DNA of 43,617 bases, taken from sequence record SRR20825010_6878. One strand, given 5' to 3'. The notes under the pieces are model-generated. The model was given only the letters and a program-made list of their open reading frames with translations. It made no database searches and was not told the DNA's origin. Positions 28,758 to 38,314 of this stretch are shown one piece after another. The first letter of the stretch is position 1. Each line of letters opens with the position of its first letter. The translations under genes were made by a program, and so were the position numbers.

Positions 28758-31070
28758 TTAGTTAGACTTTACTTTTAGACCAAAGAAAAAAGTACGAGGT
28801 AAGCTTGGGCCATACACGTAATTGCTATCCCTGTTTTTTCCGTAATCAAAATCCTCTTGGTAAGCGTTAAAAAGGTTTTTAGTTCCTCCAAAAAACTCTA
28901 TTCCAGTTTTAATTTTAGGTAAATCTAATGTACGGCCAAGTCTTATTCCTAACTCTGTAAAAGTAGGAGAAGTGTAGTATTTGTCTTCATTATTTCCTGT
29001 AGCAACCCCACCGAAATGAACCAATTCCATACTGCCGGTATAAACCAAGTTTCCGCTCAACGACCAATTTTTAACGGGAGTGTAAGTAAGTGTGGCGTAA
29101 CCATAGTGATTAGGCGTTCTTAAAAACTCTCTTTTTTCAGGCAAACCTTCAACGTTTTCTACAGGCGAAGCAAATAAACTTGATTGTAAAGTATATCCGG
29201 CATCAAGTTCAAATACATAGTCAAAATTGGCTCGGGCTTCTAATGTAACTCCCTTTACGGTTGCTCCATCTCCATTTCTTTTTTCAAAACGCTCACCGAA
29301 AGCATCTGTACCCAATGGAGCAAGGAAGAAAGCATCCTTGAGGTTGGTGTAAAATCCTTCTAGGGTAAAACCTGCTATGAAGTGCTCGGTGGCTTTGTCG
29401 TAATTAAAAGAGGCCGTCAAGCTATTCGATCGTTCTTCTTTTAAATTGGGAGCTAGGGAAATTCGAGAAATTCCGCCCCCAGAAAAAGCAATATGCAAAT
29501 CAGCATCGAAGGCCTGAGGAGCTCTAAAGCCAGTTCCCCAACCCAGTCTGATTTGGGCCGTAGGCTGTAATTTATAAAGTAGCGACAGCCTTGGGCTAAA
29601 AATGGCTTTATCCAACATGCTATGTTTATCGAGCCTAAAGCCGGTGAGCAAGTTTAGTTTTGAGTTTACATCCCAGTCATGCTGAAGAAAGACTCCTGCG
29701 TTTTTTGTAGTCTGACTGACAAGGTAATTGTAAGCTTCAATCTCATCGTACACTTTATCATACACATATTCAGCACCGGCAGTTAAAACTGCGTTTCCTC
29801 CTAAGAATTCATCCAGCCTGTTATTCATTTGAAAACCTCCTTGATGAGTAACTACATCTGAAACTCCATAAGGTGGGTTGGCAAGAAAATCTTCTAATTC
29901 CTGACCTCCATCTGGGATTATACCTGTGTAATGTTGGCGGTCTGTTTTTTGCCCACCATAATAGAGAATTAACGAGTTCTTGCTTTCATTGAAATTGATT
30001 TGGTAATCCAAACTACCCATAAAAACATTGTGTGTTCTTTCTTCTGATTGTTGAGCTAAATATGCTGGCTTATTTACCATTTCGCCACCAAAGCGATACT
30101 CATTGATACTGCTTAAACTTATAGAAAGCTTTTGGTCCTCGGTAGGTAAATAGAACAGGTTAGTTCCGAATGATGTGTTTTTTAATTCAGGAGCTTCTGA
30201 AAAATTATCACCATTGGCATCAAAGGCCTGTCTGGTTCTATTATTTACAAAGAAGGTTGCTCCAGCATTCTCTTCTTCATTTATCAATGTTCCATTTCCA
30301 GAAAGAATATTATCCGCGGCTTCGCCATCGATGCTTTGAAAAGTATTGGTAATGGAGTAGTCATTCCTATCTGGAATTTTAGTGATTACATTCACCGTAC
30401 CACCAATTGCACTTGAGCCATAAAGGGCTGAAATGCCTCCTCTTACTACTTCAATCCGTTCGATCATGTTGGTGGGAATTTGCTCCATCCCATAAAGCCC
30501 TGTTAAAGGACTAAATATTGGGCGTCCATTGATAAGTATTTGTGAATAGCCGCCTTGTAAACCGTTCATACGGAGTTGAGTATAATTACAAGTTTGGCAA
30601 TCGGTTTCAATTCTCAAACCTGGTTGAAAACGTAAGCCTTCCGATAGGTTTGTAGCTACAACTCTGTCTAGTTCCTTACTATCCATCAAATTCACGATTA
30701 CGGGAGTGTTGATTCTTCTTTTTGCCGTTCTCGTCCCTGTAACTACTATTTCGTTCAGGTTTAGTTTACTTTCTGTCAGTACTATCTCAAGAGTAGTTTC
30801 ACTTCCTGCGCTTATTTCTATGGCTTCACTATAGTTCTGAAAACCCACGGAACTCACCACTAGAGTATATTTACCGTAAGGTATTTTATCTAATTCAAAT
30901 TTTCCTCTGGCATCGGTGCTTGTTCCAATTTGAGTGCCTTCTATAATAACAGTGGCATAGGCTAGAATATCATATTGGTCGCGAACAGTACCCGATAGAC
31001 TCCCCGTTTGGGCATATGAAGAGGTAAATAGGTTAACTACAAACAAAATAAGCAGTATAAATCGTTTCAT
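28758..31070 (-). CDS. TonB-dependent receptor, probably for metal uptake
   Basis: Signal peptide, CarboxypepD_reg-like N-domain, EIVVTGTRT, plug motif IERIEVVRG..SALYGS.AIGG.VN, and a CQTC motif in the plug. Confidence 0.92.
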   Translation of the reverse strand: MKRFILLILFVVNLFTSSYAQTGSLSGTVRDQYDILAYATVIIEGTQIGTSTDARGKFELDKIPYGKYTLVVSSVGFQNYSEAIEISAGSETTLEIVLTESKLNLNEIVVTGTRTAKRRINTPVIVNLMDSKELDRVVATNLSEGLRFQPGLRIETDCQTCNYTQLRMNGLQGGYSQILINGRPIFSPLTGLYGMEQIPTNMIERIEVVRGGISALYGSSAIGGTVNVITKIPDRNDYSITNTFQSIDGEAADNILSGNGTLINEEENAGATFFVNNRTRQAFDANGDNFSEAPELKNTSFGTNLFYLPTEDQKLSISLSSINEYRFGGEMVNKPAYLAQQSEERTHNVFMGSLDYQINFNESKNSLILYYGGQKTDRQHYTGIIPDGGQELEDFLANPPYGVSDVVTHQGGFQMNNRLDEFLGGNAVLTAGAEYVYDKVYDEIEAYNYLVSQTTKNAGVFLQHDWDVNSKLNLLTGFRLDKHSMLDKAIFSPRLSLLYKLQPTAQIRLGWGTGFRAPQAFDADLHIAFSGGGISRISLAPNLKEERSNSLTASFNYDKATEHFIAGFTLEGFYTNLKDAFFLAPLGTDAFGERFEKRNGDGATVKGVTLEARANFDYVFELDAGYTLQSSLFASPVENVEGLPEKREFLRTPNHYGYATLTYTPVKNWSLSGNLVYTGSMELVHFGGVATGNNEDKYYTSPTFTELGIRLGRTLDLPKIKTGIEFFGGTKNLFNAYQEDFDYGKNRDSNYVYGPSLPRTFFFGLKVKSN

Positions 31071-31113
31071 TAGTTATAGTTACTAGAGGCTTCGATTATA
31101 TTAATTAGAATTA

Positions 31114-31144
31114 CAAAACTAATTTGTTAGAGTAATCTAACAAA
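31114..31144 (-). promoter_or_regulatory. Bacteroidota sigma70 promoter of the TonB receptor
   Basis: Minus strand TTTG (31144-31141), 19-nt spacer, TAGTTTTG (31121-31114), matching TTTG-N19-21-TAnnTTTG. Confidence 0.7.
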
Positions 31145-31145
31145 T
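31122..31145. promoter_or_regulatory. Palindromic operator, probable DtxR/MntR box
   Basis: Perfect ATTTGTTAGA-GTAA-TCTAACAAAT between the divergent receptor and regulator genes, with a TTAG...CTAA core. Confidence 0.8.
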
Positions 31146-31193
31146 AAATTCTCAACAAATTTTATACTTTTGCTTACTGAGAGATGAAAAGGC

Positions 31194-31853
31194 ATGGCTT
31201 CGCAAACTGAAGAAAACTATTTAAAGGCGGTATACTCACTATCCGTTGGGAAAATTGAAGTCAATATTTCCGAATTAAGTGCTGCGCTTAAGGTGAGTAA
31301 CCCTACCGTAAATAGTATGGTTAAAAACCTGAAAAGTCAGGGTTTGGTGAAGTATGAAAAATATAAGCCACTTTCATTGACAGAAAAGGGGAGAAAAGCG
31401 GCAGCATTAATAGTTCGTAAGCACAGGCTTACTGAAATGTTTCTGGTGGAGAAAATGGGCTTTGGTTGGGAAGAGGTACACGAAATTGCTGAGCAGCTTG
31501 AGCATATTAATTCATCAATATTTTTTGATAGAATGGATGAAATAATGGACCATCCTTTAGTTGATCCGCATGGTTCACCGATTCCTGATAAGCAAGGAAA
31601 CTTATCAGAAGCCCAATACGAGCCATTGAGTAAGTTTAGCGCTGGCCGTAAAGTGAAACTTGCAGGTTTAGCTCATTCTTCCAAAGAGTTTTTAAAATTC
31701 TTAAATAGCCGAGAACTTAGTTTAGGAACCGAAATAGAAATAAAATCCATCGAATCTTATGATGGAAGCATGGTTTTGAGTTATAAAAACCATGCTTCCG
31801 AAACATTTACGCAGGTGGTATGCGAAAGCCTTTTAGTAGAAAGAATTAACTAG
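31194..31853 (+). CDS. DtxR/MntR-family metal-dependent transcriptional repressor with C-terminal FeoA domain
   Basis: EENYLKAVY, RKHRLTEMFL, AEQLEH and DPHGSPIP. Confidence 0.93.
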   Translation: MASQTEENYLKAVYSLSVGKIEVNISELSAALKVSNPTVNSMVKNLKSQGLVKYEKYKPLSLTEKGRKAAALIVRKHRLTEMFLVEKMGFGWEEVHEIAEQLEHINSSIFFDRMDEIMDHPLVDPHGSPIPDKQGNLSEAQYEPLSKFSAGRKVKLAGLAHSSKEFLKFLNSRELSLGTEIEIKSIESYDGSMVLSYKNHASETFTQVVCESLLVERIN

Positions 31854-31866
31854 GCAAGGCTTTTAG

Positions 31867-33495
31867 TTATTTAGCTTGGTTGCTGGTAACGTAGTAATTT
31901 CGATCTACCTCGACAGTTTGAATCGCGCTGTCAAACTTTTTGGTCTGCGCTTTTACCGATGGCTTTACTCTTACCTTTTTACCGTTCACTATAATATCAA
32001 GAGGCATATCGAAACCACTAACGCCTTTTTTCCACTGATATGTAAGTTGGCTTCCTTGAATGCTATATTCAAACTCAGGAATTTTAGTATCTCTTAAGTA
32101 TTGGTCAAACACTTTCGAAAGGTCGGTTCCTGCCTCTTTAGAAATGTAGTTTTCAATTTGAGCAGTAGTAACAGTTTGGTGATAGAATTCTTTGTTCAGG
32201 CCTCTTAAAACACCTCTCCATTTTTCATCATTGTCAATAATGGATCTGATGTTGTGGAGCATGTTGGCACCTTTGTAGTACATATCGCTCGAGCCAGAGG
32301 AGTTTACACCATATGTTCCAATAATGGGTTTGTCGTTTACTATATTTTTACGAATGCCAACCACATAGTCTTGACTCGCTTCTTTACCAAAATGGTAATC
32401 TACATATAGGTTTTCTGAATAAGAGGTGAAACCTTCGTGCACCCACATATCGGCCATGTCTTTATAGGTAATGTTATTGGCAAACCACTCATGGCCAGAT
32501 TCGTGAATAATGATAAAGTCAAACTTCAATCCCCAGCCGCTACCGCTTACATCTCGGCCTAAATATCCATTTGTATATTTGTTGCCATAGGTTACCGAAC
32601 TTTGATGTTCCATACCTAAATAGGGTACTTCCACTAATTTGTAACTGTCTTCATAAAAAGGGTAAGGACCAAACCAATGCTCAAAGGCTTCCAGCATAAG
32701 TGAGGCTTGCTTAAATTGTTCTTTGGCCTTGTCTAAATTTTCGCGTAGCACGTAGTAATCACAATCCAAAGGACCATTTTCTCCATTGTAAATTTCCGAG
32801 AAATGAACATAATCCCCAATATTCATATTCACCCCATAATTATTGATGGGGTTATCTACAAACCAATTATAGGTTTTAGTCTTATCTGCATTTTGATCAA
32901 CGGATCTCAATCTTCCATTTGAAACATTCATCAAGTGTTCTGGAACTGTAACACTGATTAGCATGCTATCTACTTCATCGTACATGTGATCCTTGTTTGG
33001 CCACCAAAGGCTCGCGCCATCTCCTTGGCAACTGGTAGCGATGAAATCTAAGCCATTACTGTCCTTTTCCCAGGTTACACCACCGCTCCATGGTGGGTTC
33101 TTACTGATGACTGGGTTTCCTTCAAACTCTATCAATACCTCGTTAATACTGTTTTTTACCTGGTGCTTTGGTAGCTCTAAAAACCAAGCATTACCATCTT
33201 GAGTAAAACTCACATTCTGTCCTTCTTGACTTACTTTCGTAATGCGCATTGGGGATTGTAAGTCGATCTGCATGCGCTGATTACTCTTCAAAACCTTATA
33301 CTGAACTAAATTAGAACCCTTTAAGTACTTTTTGTCAATATCGGTTCTAATAGAAAGATGATAATAAGTTAAATCCCACCATTCTCTTTCGGGAGTGATG
33401 CTACCGCGTAGCGTGTCTTGACGGGTAAACTGCTTTTGCTGTGCACTTAATGCCGTGCATATCAATAAAACGAGGAATGTGTACGTGATTCTCAT
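31867..33495 (-). CDS. Secreted M1-family metalloaminopeptidase
   Basis: LGMEHQ (GAMEN-like), HESGHEW followed by the downstream E in WVHEG, and YYKGA. Confidence 0.92.
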   Translation of the reverse strand: MRITYTFLVLLICTALSAQQKQFTRQDTLRGSITPEREWWDLTYYHLSIRTDIDKKYLKGSNLVQYKVLKSNQRMQIDLQSPMRITKVSQEGQNVSFTQDGNAWFLELPKHQVKNSINEVLIEFEGNPVISKNPPWSGGVTWEKDSNGLDFIATSCQGDGASLWWPNKDHMYDEVDSMLISVTVPEHLMNVSNGRLRSVDQNADKTKTYNWFVDNPINNYGVNMNIGDYVHFSEIYNGENGPLDCDYYVLRENLDKAKEQFKQASLMLEAFEHWFGPYPFYEDSYKLVEVPYLGMEHQSSVTYGNKYTNGYLGRDVSGSGWGLKFDFIIIHESGHEWFANNITYKDMADMWVHEGFTSYSENLYVDYHFGKEASQDYVVGIRKNIVNDKPIIGTYGVNSSGSSDMYYKGANMLHNIRSIIDNDEKWRGVLRGLNKEFYHQTVTTAQIENYISKEAGTDLSKVFDQYLRDTKIPEFEYSIQGSQLTYQWKKGVSGFDMPLDIIVNGKKVRVKPSVKAQTKKFDSAIQTVEVDRNYYVTSNQAK

Positions 33496-33675
33496 GGTCT
33501 AAATTTGGACTTAAATTAAGGATTATTCAACCATAGGTTATAAGTTTTAAAAAAGCTCTGAACCTAATCATTGGTGTAGCGCAGAATTATCTTCAATTTT
33601 AAGCTGTTTGGAACGCCTTTGCCTATATTCTATGTTGCCACCTTATTAGAATGAAAAACCTTAATTTTTATCCAG

Positions 33676-33927
33676 ATGCTCACTCTATTTGAAGCCAAAC
33701 TCCACGAGAACCTTATCAATAAGAAATACACCAGAATCACCTATTTCAATGAATTTAAGGAGTTTACTGTCGTTGAAACCATGATTAAGGAAATTGTAAA
33801 TTCAGAAAATGGTGTAAGTATTCTTCTGAATACAGGAGATGAAATTCCTGTTGACAAAGTGGTGAGTTTGGACGGGCAATACGCTGAACATTACAAGCAT
33901 ATCGAAGATTTCACTTGCGACTGTTAA
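33676..33927 (+). CDS. Small hypothetical protein ending in a CxC motif
   Basis: 83-aa ATG ORF filling the intergenic gap, ends FTCDC. Confidence 0.65.
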   Translation: MLTLFEAKLHENLINKKYTRITYFNEFKEFTVVETMIKEIVNSENGVSILLNTGDEIPVDKVVSLDGQYAEHYKHIEDFTCDC

Positions 33928-33932
33928 TCCTG

Positions 33933-33948
33933 TGTAACATAGGTTACA
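33933..33948. promoter_or_regulatory. Palindrome upstream of the sulfur operon (Crp/Fnr-like spacing)
   Basis: TGTAAC-ATAG-GTTACA, equivalent to TGTAA-N6-TTACA. TAnnTTTG boxes follow at 33967-33974 and 33977-33984. Confidence 0.6.
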
Positions 33949-34026
33949 GACGCGATTCATTTCTTTTAACTTTGGTTACCTTTGTTCTTTAATAGAAAAA
34001 TAAAAGGCTTATCAAATTAGCATTCA

Positions 34027-35751
34027 GTGATTAGAAGATTGTTTCCCATTCTTAGTTGGCTTCCGAATTACCAAAAAGAACACCTGAACGGAGATGTCTT
34101 TGCTGGTTTAGCAGTTGGTGTCATGCTGATTCCACAGGGGATGGCTTATGCAATGATTGCAGGTTTACCACCTGTTTACGGTCTTTACACCGCTATTTTC
34201 CCTCAGCTTATTTATGCCATCATGGGTACTTCCCGGCAATTAGCCGTTGGGCCAGTGGCCATGGATTCTCTTTTGGTGGCTTCAGGTATATCGATTTTAG
34301 CAACAGAGGGCACGGAAACCTATTTAGCCTTTGCGATTCTCCTTGCCTTTTTTGTAGGAGCTTTGCAGTTTATGTTGGGGGTTTTAAAAATGGGCTTTAT
34401 TACTAATTTACTCTCCAAACCCGTCATTAGCGGCTTTACTTCTGCTGTTGCATTTATCATTGCGCTCAATCAATTGAAGGATTTAATAGGAGTGAACCTT
34501 ATGAAGAGCAATAGGAGTTATGAAATACTCATTTCAGCCTTCAATAACATAGGCAATACTCACTTGATCACTTTGGCAGTGGGAGTGGCTGGCATTGTAC
34601 TTATAAAGTCATTAAAGGGCTGGAATAAAAGAATACCTGGTGCTTTTATCGCATTGATATTGGGGATTGGGGCAGTCTATGGTTTAGGTCTTCATAATCT
34701 GGGCGTCAGCATCGTTAAGGACATTCCATCAGGTTTGCCTCAGTTTGTTATTCCAGAAATCACTTTAGCCCACTTTAAAACATTAATTCCACTGGCTGGT
34801 ACTTTGGCTGTAATTTCCTTCATAGAGGCCTATTCTGTTGGAAAGGCCATGGAGGCAAAGGAAAGAACCTATAAGATTGTTCCAAATCAAGAGTTGATGG
34901 CGCTGGGGGCATCAAACATGTTTGGTTCATTTTTTCAATCTTTTCCAGCTACAGCGGGTTTTTCTCGTTCAGCAGTGAATTACGAATCAGGAGCTAAGAC
35001 TCCTTTGGCAGGTATTATCAGTGCCCTGATCGTTACATTCACATTACTGTTTTTAACGCCTTTATTCTACTACCTGCCTAAAGCTATTTTGGCCTCTATC
35101 ATTATGATTGCTGTGGTCAACTTAATTGAATTAGCCTATTTAAAATATCTCTGGCGTACCAGTAAAATGGAATTTGCGCTAATGCTTATTACCTTCTTAG
35201 TGACCTTTAGTTTTGGTATGGTTGAAGGAATTGTTACTGGGGTGGCCTTGTCAATTTTGCTCTTGCTTTTTAAAGCCGCTAATCCGCATATGGCTGTTTT
35301 GGGTAGGATAAAAGGATTTACAGAGTACCGTAACGAAAAGCGATTTAGAGATTTAGAGTCTTGGGAGCACCTGCTTATTGTTAGAGTTGACGCACCATTT
35401 GCCTTTGTGAATATTCAAACCATTAAAGAATGGGTGCTTAGTGAAACTCAGAAAAGAGAGGGGAAACTAAAAAAGGTAATCATAGATGCAGGTCCGGTTT
35501 CATACATTGACGCTACAGGTATTGATGGAATACGGGATCTTATTGACTCCTTAAAAAAGAAAGAAATTGAATTGATTTTCTCAGAAGTAATTGGCCCAGT
35601 ACGTGATGCCTTCCATAGAAATCACTTGTTTAGTGAAAAGGCTTCTGAGATCTTCTTCATGACTACTGATGAAGCCGTGAGTTATTGCATATCGGAGGAT
35701 TTCAAAAACCACCATGCAAATTTCGCAGTGCAGGTGAACGAAAAAGCATAG
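34027..35751 (+). CDS. SulP/SLC26-family anion transporter with STAS domain
   Basis: GVMLIPQGMAYAMIAGLPPVYGLY, NQELMALG, GFSRSAVN and C-terminal STAS YIDATG. GTG start. Confidence 0.93.
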   Translation: MIRRLFPILSWLPNYQKEHLNGDVFAGLAVGVMLIPQGMAYAMIAGLPPVYGLYTAIFPQLIYAIMGTSRQLAVGPVAMDSLLVASGISILATEGTETYLAFAILLAFFVGALQFMLGVLKMGFITNLLSKPVISGFTSAVAFIIALNQLKDLIGVNLMKSNRSYEILISAFNNIGNTHLITLAVGVAGIVLIKSLKGWNKRIPGAFIALILGIGAVYGLGLHNLGVSIVKDIPSGLPQFVIPEITLAHFKTLIPLAGTLAVISFIEAYSVGKAMEAKERTYKIVPNQELMALGASNMFGSFFQSFPATAGFSRSAVNYESGAKTPLAGIISALIVTFTLLFLTPLFYYLPKAILASIIMIAVVNLIELAYLKYLWRTSKMEFALMLITFLVTFSFGMVEGIVTGVALSILLLLFKAANPHMAVLGRIKGFTEYRNEKRFRDLESWEHLLIVRVDAPFAFVNIQTIKEWVLSETQKREGKLKKVIIDAGPVSYIDATGIDGIRDLIDSLKKKEIELIFSEVIGPVRDAFHRNHLFSEKASEIFFMTTDEAVSYCISEDFKNHHANFAVQVNEKA

Positions 35752-35806
35752 CGATTGTTTAAAAAGTAGGATTACTTCAATACCATAAAAGAGAAAATAT
35801 AAAGAG

Positions 35807-37216
35807 ATGAAAATAGATCAAATTTACACCGGATGTTTGGCTCAAGGAGCATACTATATTGAGAGTAACGGGGAAGTGGCTATTATTGATCCGCTTCGCG
35901 AAACGCAAACCTACATCGATAGGGCTGCAAAGAATAATGCTAAAATCAAATACATTTTTGAAACACACTTCCATGCCGATTTTGTTTCTGGTCATCTAGA
36001 CCTCGCAAGCAAAACGGGTGCTACAATCATATATGGACCAGGCGCAACGACCAATTTTGAAATTCATGAAGCCAAAGACGGTGAGATCTTCGAATTGGGT
36101 AATGTAAAATTCAAAGTACTACATACCCCAGGTCACACACAAGAAAGCTCAAGCTATTTACTGCTTGATGAAAACGGTAAAGAAAAAGCTATTTTCAGTG
36201 GTGACACCCTATTTATTGGTGATGTAGGAAGACCTGACTTGGCCATTAAATCTGACCTTACTAAAGAAGATTTAGCCAGCATGTTATTCGACAGTCTCCG
36301 TAACAAAGTCATGACTTTGCCAGACGATGTAATCGTTTATCCGGCACATGGAGCGGGCTCTGCCTGTGGTAAAAACATGAGCAAAGAGACTTCCGATACG
36401 CTTGGAAATCAAAAGAAAGTGAACTACGCCCTTCGTGCCAACATGACGCGTGAAGAGTTTATAAAAGAAGTAACTACGGGTATTTTACCTCCGCCACAAT
36501 ACTTCCAGAAAAACGCCATGTTAAATAAAACGGGGGCTTCTGGGTTAGACGAGATCCTCGAAAAGGGAAGTGTGCCTTTAGATGTTGAAACCTTTGAAGC
36601 AATTGCTAATCATGAGGAAGCGCTTATTTTAGACACTCGTAAGCAAGGTGATTTCAAAGACGGTTTTATTCCTAACTCTATTTTTATAGGTATCGATGGA
36701 AGTTTTGCTCCTTGGGTGGGTGCTTTAATTACAGACTTAAAACAGCCTATCATTTTCTTGGCTGAAGAAGGCAGAGAAGAAGAAGTTGTGACGCGCTTAT
36801 CAAGAGTAGGTTACGATAATACTTTGGGTTATCTAAAAGGTGGAATCGAAGCTTGGAAGAAAGCAGGTAAGGAAATAGATACTATTGAATCTATTCCAGC
36901 TGTTCAGTTGGCAGAAGAGTTTAAATCTGGTGATTTGAATGTCCTAGATGTCAGAAATCCATCGGAATTTTCAGCAGAACATATTGATGGGGCTGAAAAT
37001 GTAGCTTTGGACTATATTAACGATAACATGGATAAAATCAGCAAAGGAAAGTCTTATCACATTCATTGTGCAGGAGGCTATCGCTCTATGATTTTCTCAT
37101 CCATTCTGAAGGCAAGAGGTTTCGATAAAGTAATTGATGTAGCAGGTGGTTTTAAAGCCATCAGCGAAACTGATTTACCGTTGACAAATTTCGTCTGCCC
37201 TACGACACTTAAATAA
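35807..37216 (+). CDS. MBL-fold persulfide dioxygenase-like domain fused to two rhodanese domains (CstB-like)
   Basis: ETHFHADFVSG, HTPGHT, GDTLFIGDVGRPDL, PAHGAGSACG and a C-terminal rhodanese HCAGGYRS. The middle rhodanese lacks the Cys. Confidence 0.9.
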   Translation: MKIDQIYTGCLAQGAYYIESNGEVAIIDPLRETQTYIDRAAKNNAKIKYIFETHFHADFVSGHLDLASKTGATIIYGPGATTNFEIHEAKDGEIFELGNVKFKVLHTPGHTQESSSYLLLDENGKEKAIFSGDTLFIGDVGRPDLAIKSDLTKEDLASMLFDSLRNKVMTLPDDVIVYPAHGAGSACGKNMSKETSDTLGNQKKVNYALRANMTREEFIKEVTTGILPPPQYFQKNAMLNKTGASGLDEILEKGSVPLDVETFEAIANHEEALILDTRKQGDFKDGFIPNSIFIGIDGSFAPWVGALITDLKQPIIFLAEEGREEEVVTRLSRVGYDNTLGYLKGGIEAWKKAGKEIDTIESIPAVQLAEEFKSGDLNVLDVRNPSEFSAEHIDGAENVALDYINDNMDKISKGKSYHIHCAGGYRSMIFSSILKARGFDKVIDVAGGFKAISETDLPLTNFVCPTTLK

Positions 37217-37241
37217 CCTTTAAAAATAAGTAATCTATTCT

Positions 37242-37291
37242 TCCAGCTACTTTTGGCCAACTCTTGGTCTAAGAGTAGCTGGATTTATTTT
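37242..37291 (+). terminator. Intra-operon hairpin with U-rich tail (terminator/attenuator or mRNA-stabilising stem)
   Basis: TCCAGCTACT (37242-37251) pairs with AGTAGCTGGA (37274-37283), with an inner GGCCAA/TTGGTC stem, followed by TTTATTTT. Confidence 0.65.
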
Positions 37292-37311
37292 ATATTCATT
37301 TCAATTCTTTT

Positions 37312-37887
37312 ATGAACGAATTTATTGAGCTGATTAGCTCACCATGGCCATGGTGGGTAGCAGGCCCTGCTATCGCATTGTTGATGTTTACATTAATCTA
37401 TTTTGGAAATAGCTTTGGGTTCTCTGCTAATTTCCGAACCATTTGCTCCATGTTTGGGGCCGGGAAATCCTGCGATTTCTTCGATTTCGATTGGAAAAAG
37501 CAGACATGAAATCTAGTGTTTGCGGCAGGTGCCATTCTTGGCGGATTCATTGCAAGCCAATATTTAACTACTGGTGATACTATAGCTCTTTCAGAGAAAA
37601 CCATTACTGAACTTCAAGGTTATGGCTTAGAAAGTGTAGGGGCCGATATGGTTCCTATGTCCATTTTCAGTTTCGAAGCATTATTCACCTTAAAGGGCTT
37701 TGTTTTCACTGTCTTTGGCGGCTTCTTTGTCGGTTTTGGAACGCGTTATGCTGGAGGTTGTACTTCAGGTCATGCCATTTCAGGTCTAAGCGACCTGCAG
37801 CCTGCTTCGCTAATTGCAGTCATAGGTTTCTTTATTGGAGGCCTTGCCATTACCTATTTTGTTATGCCGCATCTACTAACCCTTTAA
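37312..37887 (+). pseudogene. YeeE/YedE-family sulfur transporter subunit interrupted by an in-frame TGA at 37507-37509
   Basis: ORFs 37312-37509 and 37516-37887 are in the same frame, reading ...DWKKQT*NLVFAAG.... GFGTRYAGGCTSGHAISG motif in the second half. Confidence 0.8.
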
Positions 37888-37896
37888 TCGTTAAGT

Positions 37897-38310
37897 ATGA
37901 AATACATAAAATACTTAATTTTAGGAACGCTTTTCGGAATTACACTGACTAAAGCAGAACTCATTTCGTGGTTTAGAATTTATGAAATGTTCCGTTTCCA
38001 ATCGTTTCATATGTATGGCGTAATTGGTTCAGCGGTGGTAATGGGTATTATACTTACCCAGATCATAAAGCGAGCAAAAATGAAAGATGCACAGGGAGAA
38101 ACAATTGTAATTGCGCCTAAGAAATTCACCATTTGGCGCTACCTTTTAGGCGGTATTATTTTCGGTTTTGGTTGGGCCTTAACTGGAGCTTGCCCCGGCC
38201 CAATGTTTGTTTTGGCTGGTAATGGTGTGTTTGTTATTTTCGTGGCCATAGTCTCTGGGCTATTCGGTACATACCTTTACGGAAAAATAAGACATAAACT
38301 TCCACACTAG
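37897..38310 (+). CDS. YeeE/YedE-family (DUF6691-like) small sulfur transporter subunit
   Basis: SWFRIYEMFRFQSFHMYG and GFGWALTGACPGP. Confidence 0.88.
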   Translation: MKYIKYLILGTLFGITLTKAELISWFRIYEMFRFQSFHMYGVIGSAVVMGIILTQIIKRAKMKDAQGETIVIAPKKFTIWRYLLGGIIFGFGWALTGACPGPMFVLAGNGVFVIFVAIVSGLFGTYLYGKIRHKLPH

Positions 38311-38314
38311 AAAA

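Noticed and set aside
37312-37509. 65-aa ORF as an independent gene
   Set aside because: It is the in-frame N-terminal part of the YeeE/YedE protein that continues to 37887.
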